Positions 22,999 through 35,951 of a stretch of DNA of 64,000 nucleotides are shown here, in pieces. The translations under genes and the position numbers were made by a program. The notes beneath the pieces were generated by a model. It was not told the DNA's origin. It ran no database searches and saw only the letters and a program-made list of their open reading frames with translations. This stretch comes from Eutreptiella sp. 'Long Island Sound 2002' (lineage: Eukaryota > Protista > Euglenida), in NCBI GenBank assembly GCA_964036045.1, contig OZ038378.1, positions 41,044,001 through 41,108,000 of the forward strand. The letters run 5' to 3'. Numbering within the stretch: the first letter of the stretch is position 1; each line of letters starts with the position of its first letter.

Positions 22999-23310
22999 GT
23001 GCCCTACCGGTGGACTGTTGCCATTGATATGTTGGGCAACATTATATGGATTTGCCCCTTGGCCCCCGGGACATCAGCAGATGTTTTGATTTGGGATGGG
23101 TATGGACCTTCTCGTACCCGAGGTGATTTCTTTGATTTCGAAGTTGGGGGCCATGATGGTGCTTATAAGGGCCGGATTCATGTCATTGTGCCATTCATTG
23201 GAAGAAAGAATGGCACTTTGACAGCCCGCCAACAATGTTACAATGACGTGCACGGGTGGTATAGGGCACGCATTGAGCAGCTGTTTGCTCGGTTGTGGCA
23301 CGCAAGATGA
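22999..23310 (+). pseudogene. PIF/Harbinger/ISL2EU-type (DDE_Tnp_4-like) transposase C-terminal fragment
   Basis: PGTSADV, HDGAYKG...VPF and LTARQQCYNDVHGWYRARIEQLFARL match the DxGY...P...LT...YN...R..VE..F..L pattern. Confidence 0.8.
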
Positions 23311-23331
23311 GGCAGAGGATGAGGCAGAAGT

Positions 23332-23600
23332 GTGTGTGTTGTGTTGCCAGAACGCTCCACCGTCGCAGTTTGTGATGAGTGTAAGGAGCACTATTGTACT
23401 GAATGTATTGACACCCACACTTGTGGGACCAATGTTATGATGCAGCTCTACTGTTCGCGATACCTCAATAACGCCTATCGCTTCTACTGGAGATCGATGC
23501 GGTTGTGCTATCCTAACCCCCCATTCTCCCAACTTGCTAAGGTGTTGACCAAGATCGCCCTTAAAGGAGCGAGAGTGGTACTGTGTACCCCAGTTTGCAA
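23332..23600 (+). pseudogene. Cys-rich (B-box-like) finger followed by a DIRS-type DNA N6-adenine methyltransferase fragment
   Basis: CDECKEHYCTECIDTH, then AYRFYW...YPNPPFSQLAKVLTKIALKGARVVLCTP, which carries the NPPF catalytic motif in DIRS-MTase context. Confidence 0.6.
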
Positions 23601-25539
23601 TTTTCTTGAGCTGGGGCAGGTTGGGTCACCTAATTCTAAGGGCGTTTCCAAGGGTGTGTGCTTGGGGGCTCTTCGGGGGGAACATAGTCTAAAAGTAGCG
23701 CGCCGGGCGCGCGCCGGGCAAACATTCCCCCATGAGCCCGTGTTACCGTCGTTTTGCTGACTTTCAGCGTGCTTGCGCAAGGGGGGGGGGGGGTAGCCAA
23801 TTCTTGTTCTAGAAGCTTTTTTCTACAAACAGCATTCCAAGAACCCCAAGGCTTGACATGTGAGCTATTTGCATAAGGTATTCGTTGCACACCACACAAC
23901 AGAAATAATTACTGCTTACTTACATGGTGTACACAATGCAAAGACCCCAATGCACACCTGTCTCAAATGCTAGCAAAATGAATGCTTATCCATGGTCTTA
24001 GTTTTTGTTTTGGTTTGGTTTCTTTTGAGCTAGGTGAAAAGCAAAAAAAAATTACCCGGAGCTTAACACCAATGCATGGAGAGGTACATTTGAACACCAC
24101 TAAGCAACATGCAAAGCGTTGAATTTCAACTCTTCAAAACTTTGGACAAATCGTCAATGCAAAACTTGGAAAAATTGCCACAGTGGTTTGCAACGTTGTT
24201 AGCAATGAGCATACTTGTCAAATAGTAGCATGTTGTCTGAAAACAACAATCATCGTAGACGGTGGTTTTTGCAGCTAGTGACCGCCGGTGGACTGGTAAT
24301 TCCGGTCACCTGCATCACTAGTTGCATTCTTTGATGGTATGGTGGTGACTTTGTGGGGAAGTTGGAGGGGGAAATTGGCACCATGTTGTTGGTGAGCATG
24401 TCCAAGGCATTTTAGCCACACAATGCTTTATGAGCGAGCATATAAAGGCATGAGGCGACAAGTATTTTTGGGGAATGGGTTATCATGGATGCATGCATCT
24501 AAAGAAATTTTTCGCAGTGTAATGTGGTGTCTCTCCCTTCACCTCAACAATTCACATGTCAATGAATTCGGAACTGTTGGAGCCAGATAGTGGTGTCTTC
24601 TATCCGCACTAAGAATGAGCATGTGCCCGCCACCATTGTGGGCCCATCAGCCACCCCGGACTGTGTGGCAATCTAGTGTGAACGTTCTGGCTATTCTCAG
24701 GACGCCTCACGTTCCCCATGTCATGTGCTCAGTCTTCCTTGAAGCATGAGCTGTGGCCTCTTTTCTATCACAAGGATACGGCCTCCTTGGCAGGGGCTGT
24801 GGGCACCTTTTTCCCCCATTTTGCTAAAATACTGACATCCAGTTTCGCAGCTAGTGGTCCACAGCCAGTGGTTCATTGCCGTTTTTTGTGTTGGTGGTCA
24901 ACTGAGGGCAGTTGGTGTACCAAACGTTATCAGACAACACCAGTTCCAAACTACCCCAGGCTCCCATTCACCCCCCACCCCCCCTTGTATAGTTTCTGGG
25001 GGGGCAACTTGCGCCAAAAGTCCACAGTGCCAAAGGCGCTGAAGATAATTGTTCCTTGAGTTACAATGTCTTTGTAGTGGAAAGGTCAGGGTTGGGTCCT
25101 AGCACATAGTGCATAGGGGTTCACTGCTGCACAGTTGAAAGGCACCTATGGTACCGCTGATGAGGCTTTTCTTGTGTTAGCACGGTTTCTTTCAGGCTTG
25201 CACCTTGCACATCTCACCGTCATTTGGTGACAGTTCCCCCAGGGGTGGGGGACACCGTTACGCATCGCGGGAGAGGGGGTGTGGGGTACCTGTTCTGTTG
25301 TCCTTGGCCTCAGATAAGATGGGAAGCAACACTGCACAAGTAGGTTGTCCACAGGCTGTCTTGGGGCAGCGTTTGGAAGGAGGCTGTTTGGAAGGAGGGC
25401 GGTTTGGAAGGAGGGCGGTTTGGAGGCTTGGGGAAGTAGATTGCATTTGCACACAGTTCCACAACAACACGAACCAAGAAACAGATGTGACCTGTCAAAG
25501 CGTGCAGTCACCCCATCTGTTCTTCTCATCCTGCATCAG

Positions 25540-25820
25540 CCATGACGCCAACATCAACGATGACACTGGCTGGCACGGTTGACACACTCTCCAATACTCC
25601 AGTCCCCCTGGTGATTGTCCCCATGAACGACCCCATGTTCGTCTTTGGGGGCTTTATCACCTGCTTAATGGGGGCCGTTTCATCCATGACCCTCGCAACG
25701 GCCGCATTGCGCATCGGGCTTGTCCCCATCCAGATCCTTACGGCCATCACCTTCGGCATGCAGGCGGTCTTTGCGCTGCATTTCATTGCAATGGACGGCA
25801 TCATATTGGGCATAGAATGG
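25540..25820 (+). CDS. MHYT-cyclase gene exon 1 (ATG at 25542; first MHYT repeat)
   Basis: Pyrimidine tract + CAG acceptor, hydrophobic ORF ...TFGMQAVFALHFIAMDG..., GTATGT donor at 25821. Could be an internal exon. Confidence 0.78.
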
Positions 25821-27353
25821 GTATGTCTATGGTAGAGCCCAGACCCAGGGTTTTCCTTGAACGACTGAGTCACGAAGAAGGAGGGACCCCCCCCAACACA
25901 GATCATCTGGTGGGAAAACATGAAATTTGCGGACGGGAAAATTGTTCTGGGCTGTTACAGGTGTACATCTTTTTGGGTTCCGGAGCCCCTCCCCCCTCCC
26001 CCACCCCCTGCCTCTCTTCAAGGGACACCTTGCCCAGACCTTTGATAGCGTATCTTGTTTTATGGATTGGGCGGGCAGGCAATTTTCTTGTACCTCTAAA
26101 ACATGCGTAGCTTGCGAATGGATTGTGCATAAGCCCCAAAATGGGTCGAGATTTCTTTCCAGAGATTGCATGTGCAATCGTCCCTTGATGTATTCTCATG
26201 GCGGGGATGGCAGTTGCTCATGGCATTCCCTTCTTGGTAACCTGACCAGTTGTCAATAGTGCCCCCATCTTCTGTGCACAATGGATGCAATACCTAATTT
26301 AAAAAGTACTCCATGCCCCATGATTTGGCCCAAAATCCAAGGGCGTAGAATCTTGTTGGTCACTTGATGCTCATGGAGGGGCCCATCCAATCCCCACTCG
26401 AAATGGAGCCACAAAAATGGCCACCCTTTGCGTGCACTGTGCATGTGCTGAAAGCTTTGCTACTGCTTTGGGACTGCCTTATCTTGGGGCGGCGGGGTGG
26501 GGGGGTGGGCAGTGCCCTCCCTTTCGCACACTGAACACCTTATGATATCCTCCCCTCCCTGTGATGCACGCGCTGTGCGAAAAGTAGGCTATGCTGACCT
26601 GTTTTCCTGAGTTGGTTGAGGTGACCACGGTAACCACTGTGTTCCCAGACACAGGACTGTCCCAGATTCCTACTCAGTCCAAAAACTCAGGGTTAACACA
26701 AACTGTGTTTCACACCGAAATTGCCTGAATGCTGTCAGTTTTCTGAATCTGCTGTTTCTGCCCTTTGGACGTATGCTCACCCGGCGTTGGGTGGTTTTCA
26801 GGGTGGTCACGGGAAAGCTATTGTACTATTGGGCGCTGCACGTGCACTGTGCAGAAAGGCCTACGGCGCTTTGCTGGGCGTAGCAAGGACGCATGAGACT
26901 GAACAACCCGCATACTGTTGAGGGTGTGATGTCCAGGGTGACAACCATCATCAGACCATGGCTAAGACGATGACCCCCCGTGTGACCATCGTTTTTGTGA
27001 TCACCATGTCTGTGGTCCAGAATGCAAAGTCACCAGATGTGAGCCCATGGTGTGTGGGAAGACGCGGAAAGAGGGGCTGGAGCTTGTTGTACATGTGGAG
27101 TGGGGGGGTCCCTGTGTGTGTGGTGCGGCTATCCCTGGATATCACTCCACTGGCACAGCCACGACCGACCGCCATCTCAGTGACCACCCCCAGTTGTCTG
27201 CCCTCTCCCTGTTCCCCATTGACACTCTCTTTCTGGCTGTCAACGCTCGCATGCCAGTCATTGTCACATTTCTTTTGTCATGACAAGGGAGAAATTTTCA
27301 TGTGGGTATTCATTGCTTCCCCACATCCATGTGACCCGGCTCCGCATCAACAG

Positions 27354-27523
27354 GGATTCGACGCCCTCTGGACTTTGGCCTCCTTTGCATGCATCGTCAT
27401 TTTCGGCGGGAGCAGCATCTCTTTGACTCTGAGAATGCGCAACTCACTCGAGCCACAGATCGTACGGGACCACCCAGGCTACCCCAGCGACCCCAGAACC
27501 AAGACCATCGGGTTCCATCTGCG
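27354..27523 (+). CDS. MHYT-cyclase gene exon 2
   Basis: CAG|GGA TTC GAC, GFDALWTLASF...GFHLR, phase-2 GT donor matching exon 3. Confidence 0.82.
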
Positions 27524-29117
27524 GTATGCCACTGAGGCTGCCCTTCTGTCTTGACCCCCAGCCGCAACGCCCCCGCATTCTCCCCACATTGCAATCCCTA
27601 CAATGGGACATTGCAAGCGCAGCATTGCAAGCGCAGAGGGGCACGTGACGGAGCATGTTTCCATTGTCTTGCGGGTACACAACGGGGGGCTTTCCCACTG
27701 CAGAAGGTACTGAGCAGTTGTTGGATGACGAAGGAGTGTGAAATTGCTGCATTCCCGCAAGTTATCACATTCATTCAAATAAATCCACCTCCTTTACAAA
27801 AAGCGCTACTGTTCTCTCAGCAAATGTGTGCCCCCCACGCACACACTCCCCCGCACGGAACCGAAACGCAACTCAAAAGTTGAAATAACAAACAACACGA
27901 CAAGACCTCCTCGCATTCTCCCTGCACCCCGCCCCCACCCGGCTCCGCACCATTCCTCAGGCAAAAATGTAATTTATTCGAGGGGCTCGAAAGTAGAGGC
28001 CGATTTCAGGACACAAACTTCCCCCCCATAGCCCATGGGATGGACACCGAGGGGCAGAAGCAGACAAGACTTGTGAGCAGAGGGACAACAGTCCCACTCT
28101 CACCTCCCAAAACCCCCCTGTGTACAAGCGATGTATACGATTTCCTCAAAACCCAAGCCTTTATGCCACCCCTATGGAATACCACTAAGCAGTGGCCGGA
28201 TGTGAATCCCGGAGGACTGACTGAAACTGATGCATCTGGCTTTTGTCTTCGCCCATTCCCTGTTTTTTCTTCCAGCTCAACTTCGCCCAGTGAAACAGAA
28301 AAGAACGCATCAGCGGCCCAGGCCTGCCAAGCCTGTGTCCAATAGGAAGGGGATGCCTGGACGACACGGAGCGGGGAGGTTATGGGTGTGGGAGTGTCTG
28401 GATGCACGGAAGGTGTGGGGGACGATCCAGGGGATGTTGGGCGGATGCTGTGGGGATGTGGGGAGGATGCAAGGAGGAGGTGTGTGCCTATTGGTTGAAC
28501 GCCATGCACATCGCTGTGGGCAGTAGCGGTGCGGGCGGTTGTCAAGGGTAACCTGGGAGCTTAACCTCTGGTTGTTGGATCATGGGCAGGTGCCGCAGAG
28601 GTACTGGGGGTGTTAAGGACCTGGTTTGCACTTTCAGAAAACGGGCCCACGGTGCAGAGTGGTCTTTGGTTGGCCTCAGGGACTCTGTGCCCCCTCCTGC
28701 CTCCACCCAGTGGGCTACCACCCACTGTGTTGTGGGTTCATGACCATGAAACACAAGTGGCATCCGTCCGGTTCCGTCCAAGTGCCTCCACGATACCGTT
28801 GGAACTGCCGCGCACAAGATGCACCCTGTCTCAGATACGGGGGGCGTATGCACTAGTTACCTGGCTACTTAATCCCCCCAGCCATCGAGCACCCAGTCCC
28901 TCTTGGCAGCACCGCCCCAGGCAGTCCAGCTGGTATGACCAGCAGCTTACCGTCCTTGGCCCGGGCCTTGCTGCCCGCCCTGTGACCACTCACGGCCTTG
29001 TTGGTGGTCTACGGTGGGTCGTGTGCTGGCCGGACCGGGTGCAGGGCCGTGCCTTAGACGAGCGGCCCGGGGGTAACTCTGGGACACTGGCTTGCCCGAC
29101 AAACCTCTCTGTGTCAG

Positions 29118-29508
29118 GCTCCTGCTGTACCTGCTGTACCATGCCCCGCTGCTGAAGCTCTTGACGTGCATCCTCCTCCTCATCGTCGGGGCCGCCGGCT
29201 GCCACCACGCCGGCATGTGGGGCATGCGCGGCATCAAGGGGACCATCGTGCACGCGCGGCTCACGTACGCCTCCTTTGCGACCACCGTCGCACTGGGGGG
29301 CGCCGTCTGCGTGGTCGGGGTTTTGGCGTTCCTTCTGTGCCCCCGCGGCATCACCCGCATCTTCTGCTCCGCCATCTTGGCCGTGGGGATAGCCTGCTTC
29401 CACTACTCATCGACCACGTGGGGGATGGAGTACATCGCAAACGAGCCCGGACTTGCATATGGCCCGGTCTTCAGCAAAGACGCCATGATTGTCCTCATTA
29501 TGCTGCAG
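29118..29508 (+). CDS. MHYT-cyclase gene exon 3 (MHYT repeats 2 and 3)
   Basis: High GC3. AAGCHHAGMWGM and AVGIACFHYSSTTWGM are MHYT-like. AG/GT boundaries in consistent phase. Confidence 0.88.
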
Positions 29509-30152
29509 GTGTGTTCCGAGGGGCCAAGGCAGGAGTTCCTCAAGAACGTCCACCCGTGTGTTACAGGCTAATCGCCGGCAGTTGCCGGCCGTCATTTACC
29601 AGCAGATTGTTGTTGGCTGGCCAGTAACCGCCGGCGGTTTCCCGCCAAGAGCCATCGTTGAACCACAATCGCTGCGGGGTGACCCGTCAGCCGCTGTTGG
29701 TTGCCTGCTGTTTCGGACCTTGCTCTGGCCCCTGAACTAGACGCCCAGTTTTGTTTGCATGCCACGGAGCCTCATGGGCCGCGGGGCGGATGGTTTTAGG
29801 CAATTTTCTGAATTTTGCCCGCTGGACGGGGCCCCACCAAACTTTTCCCCAGGCCCGCATGAGCCATCAGAGCGAAGTCCGGCACACGAGCCCTGAGACT
29901 GCGGAAGCGACAGTCGCCTGCCACTTCCGCGGGTGATAGGAAGAGGTGGTTGGGGTGAAATGGCCTGGGGCCCTGTTTGTGATTCACACACGTGTGTTTC
30001 CGCATGGGGGATTCGCTCCTCAAAAGGCGAACAAGCACGTACTTCCGGAAGTACCAACCGGCATCAGCCTTGATGGCACACACCCGACGTACACACGCCC
30101 TCCTGCGTCTGCTGCCCTATCCCATGCCGATTAGCGCACTCGTCGTCCTCAG

Positions 30153-30398
30153 GGGACCCTGTCGGTCTGTGTCAGTGTCTACTTCAGCAACATGGCCATT
30201 GACAACCACGAGCGGGCGCAGGAGGAGCTGGACATGGCACGGAGCCTGGCGAAGCATATTCAAGCCTTCGACCTTGAGTCCGCTAAGGCGTGCAAATCCC
30301 AGGGCTCAGGGTCGCTGCTGGAGACCTCCCTCTTCCACATTGTCAGCAATCTTGAGTCGTACCGGCCTTTTCTCCCAGATCACCTGTTCCAATCCAAG
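30153..30398 (+). CDS. MHYT-cyclase gene exon 4 (helical linker)
   Basis: CAG|GGG ACC, GTLSVCVSVYFSNMAIDNHERAQEEL...LESYRPFLPDHLFQSK, GTATGT donor, phase 0. Confidence 0.85.
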
Positions 30399-32073
30399 GT
30401 ATGTATCTGTGGGGGAACCACCGGATGGGGTGGTGTGCCCCTCCCCGGCGTGAACAACACGTCGGTCAGAACAACACGAGGTCCATGGAACTTGGCGGTT
30501 GCATTTTCTGGTTCTCCCTAAAGATCAAGTATGATTTGATTCTGTGATTCGGGGCTGGGGATGGTATTTTGGTGCTGCTGAGTACTGCACTGCCACTTGT
30601 TGCCACATGTCGGTTCTTCGGACGTGCAGGTCGTCAGACACGGACCGGGTGCTGAGGTTGTGCCACCACTGGTGTCCTCTCAGAGCGTGCTTGGGCAATT
30701 ACATTTTTCAGAACAATAAGAGGCGTCGATGCCGTCATTTTCAGTGGTGTTGCTGTTGTTCTCGCAAGGGGGTAGTGCCAACCACCGGAAAGTGATGAGC
30801 GACGGATGACCGGCTGACGGCTGGCAGTTGTCTCAGGGTATTCTATGATCCCATGGCAGGTTTCGTCCGTCCGCTGCTGTGTCGTGTGCCCTTTCTTCCG
30901 GGCCCACTTCAGATTCATTTGCCAGTTTCAAACTGCAAAGTAGTGTCACGGGATCTGCTTTTTTTTTGCCATTCGGGAAAGTCCTGGTGCACACGAAGGG
31001 GCTGAAGATGCTCTTTACAGAGCCCTCTGAAGGAGCCATCTCCGTCTCTTGTGGGGAGGGGGCACCTGCACGCGCTTTCCCCATCACCCGGCTCTGTTGG
31101 TCCGGACCTTGCATGTTCGGCAGGAGCTGTTGTGCGCCCCCTGCTATTTCCATGAACAGTGATGGCCTGGTTGCCCCTTAGAGGGACGTGCGGATGGGTC
31201 TTGTTTGGCTGGACATTGTTCCCAGAGGGGGAGGAGTTGCAGGGCCCCCACCGTTCACTGCCGGATGGTGGGGCTGCCACGCCCAGGCTCATCACCCGGT
31301 CCCATGTCTCCACCTGGATGAGCAGTTTCTTGGGAGTCCCGAGTGGTACCCTCGGTGGTACAGCACCCCAAAGACCCCGTTAAGCCAATCCCCCTCCCAA
31401 TTGCAAGAAAGTAACTTACCGCGTCTCTTATCAAAGGGGTCTGGGCAGTCGCCGGTTGATCATTCTATCGGTTCATTCCACTGGTTCTGGACAGGGATTC
31501 TGGGCTTCGTCAGTGGCCCAAACAGACACTTGAATGCCCTGATTGGCTGTCTTCAACAAGTTGTAGCTCTCACGGTTGGGGGGGGGGGGGGGGGCTGGGG
31601 GGGGGGGTTGGAAACGTGACCTTTCCGGAGTGGCCTCAACAATCAGGACTGCTTTGATATTTTTTGATTGAGCCACACCGAAAGGGCCTGTGGAGGAGGT
31701 CCCAATGGGGCCAGTGCAGGTTTTGTCTGGTGGTGTTCTGCGATCTCTGCAACTGATGTGCCAACAGTTTGAGTGGTGGTGTTGTGGCAGTTTCACCGTG
31801 CTGATTTCGTCATCCTGAGGCATGTTATAATGTCCCGCTTCGCTATTTGTCAGGGCATCTCAATTATAGTTGACACGAGCGGCAAGGTCGAGGTCCAACC
31901 GCTGTCGGTTACCCTCCAACCGCCGTCGGTTACCCTTCCTCCGTTCATTGGTTGCCCTTCAAGTGCCCTCCAATTCTGTGACCAAGTAAAGCTGGCAACT
32001 GGACGGCCCGATTTTTTTTCCGGTCTCATTGAAAAATGGCCTGTCCCGCCACACGCTGCGCCCCCTCTCGCAG

Positions 32074-32526
32074 CACGGAGACGACGACACCGACACCGAC
32101 ACCAACACCGAAGATCCCCAGGACCACGATGAATTCAAGGCCAGGGCCGAGTACGAGGGGGACTCGTCCACCACCACTGCCTCGACTGCGGAGACTGCCC
32201 CCGGGATGTCCGCCCGGTCGGGGGCGTCCAGCCGCACGCCCCCGCCCTACGGGAACCTTTCGTACCGCGTCAGCAGCAGCGTCTCCGGGAGCGTCTCCGA
32301 GTCCTCGGAGCGGCGGAAGAGCTCCAATAGCGGCACAGGCTCCTCGATTATCAACATCAACCCGTCGCTACTGAGCCCCAACGCCGCCGCCCGCGCGCTG
32401 GACCGCAGCCGCCACGGCCGGAGTTTCAAGATCCCGGGCTCCCTGGGCTCCGGCATGGGGTCGTTGGAGATTACCCCGCCGGAGGAGAAGAGGACCAAGA
32501 ACCGAAATATGGGCTTGGGCTTGAAG
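32074..32526 (+). CDS. MHYT-cyclase gene exon 5 (Ser/Asp-rich linker)
   Basis: High GC3 island bounded by CAG and GT, phase 0, 453 bp. Confidence 0.82.
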
Positions 32527-32645
32527 GTGTGGACGTTGTGCAGCCCCCTTCACAGTGTGCGTCAACCCTTTGGCATTGTGTGGAACCAGGCCATTGCTTA
32601 GTGGCAGAAAACCTCCACCTTGTGGGAGGGCTGGGTGGGTGGGTG

Positions 32646-33220
32646 GGACATACCGGCTCGGCGGACATACCGGCTCAGCGGAAAAGCGGCCAGCCGGCCG
32701 GCTGGCCGACTGTCCAGTTCATTCCGGTAACCCCCCCTACCAATGACCCCCGTCCCCCGCATACAAAAAACACCTCTTACGTACAGAACAGTAGAGAACA
32801 GGCTTTGAGTCAAAGGTTAGGGTTAGGGTTAGGGTGGTTTGGCGGTCCACACACAAGGCGGTGCATACACAAGGTGGTGCACACACAAGGCGGTGCACAC
32901 ACAAGGCGGTCTGTGGCCACCGCAAGAGTCTTGTTATTTAAGGGGGGTGCGGGGCTGGCCCCCGCATCGAGCGAAGCGAGCCGTCTATCAAGTGAAGCGA
33001 GCTGAAGCGAGGATTTCTGGCTAGGGTTAGGGTGAGGGTAGGGTTAGGTTTATGGTTGCGGTTGCGGTTGCGGTTAGGTTGCCATTAGGTTTGGGGGTGG
33101 GGTTGCTATTACTAGTGCACATATGGGGGTTGCCGGAACGAACCGGACAGTCCGCCAAGCTGGTACGTCCGCCGAGCCGGTAAGTCCGCCGAGCCGGAAA
33201 GTCCGCTGAAGACCATGTCC
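32646..33220. mobile_element. Foldback/MITE-like element in intron 5 with internal telomere-like repeats
   Basis: Imperfect inverted arms of about 100 bp built from CCGGCTCGGCGGAC units. (TTAGGG)3 at about 32817-32834, degenerate TTAGGG at about 33020-33048, and a 14-bp CACACAAGGCGGTG tandem. Confidence 0.7.
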
Positions 33221-33560
33221 GGTTTATTCTGGTAAGCTGGCTGGGTGGGGGGGGCGGGGCTCAGAGCCCGAAAACCAGTTTGTACCTAACATCCGTGTTC
33301 GATGGGGTGGCTGGGTCGGTCGGTCGGCTGGGGTTGCCCAGGGCCCCAAACGACACCACCCTCCTGGGGTCCTTGAGCAATGGCCTGCACTTTTGTGTTC
33401 TTGATTTCCTTTTTTTCTTCTACATGAATCGACCCCAACATCCTGAAACCGACTGTGTGGTAAGGTGCAAGGTGTTGGTAGGTATTGCCGCTGGCGGCCG
33501 TTCCTTGGAGAGCGAACCCTGCAGGTGAGGGGCAGGGGCAGCTTGCTGGATCTGTGGAGG

Positions 33561-33678
33561 ATGACGACAACAACAACAACAATAACAAGAACTACTACTA
33601 CTACTGCTGCTGCTGCTGCTACTGCTGCTGCTACTACTGCTACTAGTACAGGAGCAGCAGCAGCAGCAACAGCAGCAC
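33561..33678. repeat. Compound trinucleotide microsatellite (ACA/ACT/GCT/GCA)n
   Basis: Read directly from the sequence. Confidence 0.9.
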
Positions 33679-34367
33679 AAATGGTAACTAGTTCATGCCA
33701 TGCACAAGGCTCGGGTGTAACGGTGTTGGCGTGAGGTCGTGTTCGGAGGACCCAGAGTGGACTGCCAATCTCTTCGTCCATACCCACCTGGTTTTGCGCT
33801 CTTTCAGCCCTTCAGTGATGGTTCGGGTGCTAGGGTTTGTTTCCATTTTCCCCGTTTGGGACGCACCTTGACTCGGTGCGACTTTTGTGATTGGTGTCCC
33901 CGTTTTGCGGCATCCTTTTGTTTCTGCACATGCTTTTTTTGAGCCGTCGTCGCGTGACATAGCCTTTTGAGGCCATCCCCTATTTTTTCAGCCCCTTGAG
34001 TCTTTCATAGACGTTGCGCCATTGGACCATGCGCTTTCTCGGCGGTCAATCCATAGGTCGTGTAAGGCTTTGAAAACGACCTCCATGGAGTTAGGCCTCG
34101 GTGAGTTGGGTGTCCGCGAACCGATGGGGGGTTGCTCCCATTGCGCTACCCTGTCGGAGGAGGGGACACGCAGAGGAGGTCCTGAGATGGGTTGTGCGTG
34201 AACCATGTGGTGTTGTTTTGGGTTACATTTCCCACATGAGATGTGGTGCTGAGGCCCTTCAAACTTCATTGTCCTGGGAATGACTTTGTGTAAAGCATGG
34301 CCGGCGCCGGTGTGGGAGGGGACGCCCAGGGGCAGAAGCAGCACTGGTGAGCAGAGGGACAACATTG

Positions 34368-35422
34368 CAAGCACCAACGGCAGCAGCATGCCGCAGCATG
34401 CCGCAGCGCCAGATTCTGGGAGCTGTTGGTGGGGGTTTTGAAGCATGCCGCAGCGAGCCAAAATTGTCACATGGCGGACTTTTTTTTTTTCATAACATGT
34501 CAAACCTGTGGACCCTTTGTTACACAGATATCTCAGAATTGGATGGTACCTCAGTGGTCTGTGTACCAGATCCCAGTTTGAGGGGTCCTGGGTTCCATTC
34601 CCGGAAATGGCAAATTTTTGCCCATCAGTTCTTCTCTATTGTTGCCCAGATTTTCGCTTTTTTGGTGTTGTTTTGCCATGTCAAGTCCTAAGGATACTCA
34701 AACTACCGAGGCATCACAGGAGTTGCAGGAGTTGCAGGGGTCTCAGAAATCCACAAGGAACAAGGAGACAACCAGGAGGACCGCAGATTGTTTGCAGTGG
34801 GCCATTGGTGAAGATATTGGGGACCACCTCAGCCTGACTGACAGCCAAGGTGAGTCACAAAATCGGAAACTAAATTGCAATCTCTGTGCTGTTTGGTTAT
34901 CTACAAAAAGGGCCATCTTGAAGGACCATGTTCTGGGGGAAAATGTGAAGCAACATTCGTATGCACGAAAACTTGGGGCACATGCCCGTAAAGCTGCTGT
35001 TTGCCCAGTTGTACCACCTCAAGCAGCGGAAGCAACAACTCAACAACCGCCTACTATTTTTGCCAACATTCCTGCCCCACAACCTGAACCTGCACCAATT
35101 CCCCCAAAAAAGGCAGCAACGGGTTCCTCCGTTTTGGAGGAGATGCTTCAAGAGGGCGCCGCACTGCAGGAGTTTCAGAAGGGCATCACCCGGCCGTTTA
35201 GTTCTACAAATGTTCCTTTGGAAAAGTTGGGGCACGTGGAGATGAAGGAGTTTTTTTGCCAAATACTTGGCACAGTACCCCTTGGTCCATCCTAACAATT
35301 ACCGTGGGACTTGGTTGCCCTGTGTCGCTTTCGGAAAATGATGGTACCCTTGACCAATAGCTTGAAGCATGCCGCAGCATGCCGCAGCGAGCCAACATTT
35401 TCTTGGGGACCGTTGGTGCCTG
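34368..35422 (+). mobile_element. Truncated hAT-like element (CGGBP-type zinc-finger fragment, ORF 34618-35295) in intron 5
   Basis: 13-bp TIR CA(A/G)GCACCAACGG and an approximate 8-bp GACAACAG duplication. An uninterrupted copy of the flanking sequence lies at about 28050-28135. Protein reads CNLC...KDHV...H and FSSTNVPLEKL...KEFF. Confidence 0.65.
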
Positions 35423-35720
35423 GACAACAGTCCCACTCTCACCTGCTAGACATGCGCTCTCCCACCGTCTGTGTACAAGCGATGGAGATCATTTCCTCCT
35501 CAAACCCCAAACCAGTGCGTACACCCGGATGTACGGACCGGCATACTGACTGAGCCTTGCTGGCAAGCCCCCACCCCCATGACCAGACACACTTTGGAAA
35601 AGTTTTTTGGGCCATTTTGTACACAAACCCTTGCCAGACCCCCCCCCCCCTTCATGCACACCCCTGCCTGTAGCTCCTCCAATGCCCCCCACATCAAGCT
35701 GCTTCATCAATGTGGTCCAG

Positions 35721-35951
35721 GTCACAAAGTGCACGCTGCTGAGAATCAAGATTCAGAACCTGGACTTCAGCGGCGCACAGCTCAACCTCGCGGCTGCAGG
35801 GCCGCTCCTGCGGACCTTCCTGCTGACGGCGCACTCCAGCATCAAGAACCACGAGGGCACCATCGTATCCTGCTCGGGGGACACGGCTTTGGCCCTCTGG
35901 AGGGGCAACAGCCCGATGGACGCCCTGGCGTGTGCAGAGGAGATCAACAAG
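35721..35951 (+). CDS. MHYT-cyclase gene exon 6 (class III cyclase-like domain, N-terminal half)
   Basis: IKNHEGTIVSCSGDTALALW. 231 bp, phase 0 at both ends. Confidence 0.88.

Larger units (their letters stand above)
22940..23731 (+). mobile_element. Internally deleted PIF/Harbinger-type element nested in the outer TIR element
   Basis: GGGGGAACGTTAGCGCGCC... and ...GGCAAACATTCCCCC are imperfect inverted ends with an ATG (or CATG) duplication. Removing the insert restores the outer element's repeat block. Confidence 0.7.
22203..23793. mobile_element. Non-autonomous TIR element (poly-C/poly-G ends, TA flanks) containing a nested insert
   Basis: TA|C14-TTGCGCAAGCAC at the left and GTGCTTGCGCAA-G13|TA at the right. 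A subterminal block occurs twice directly, at 22219-22269 and at 22911-22939 plus 23732-23756. Confidence 0.8.
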
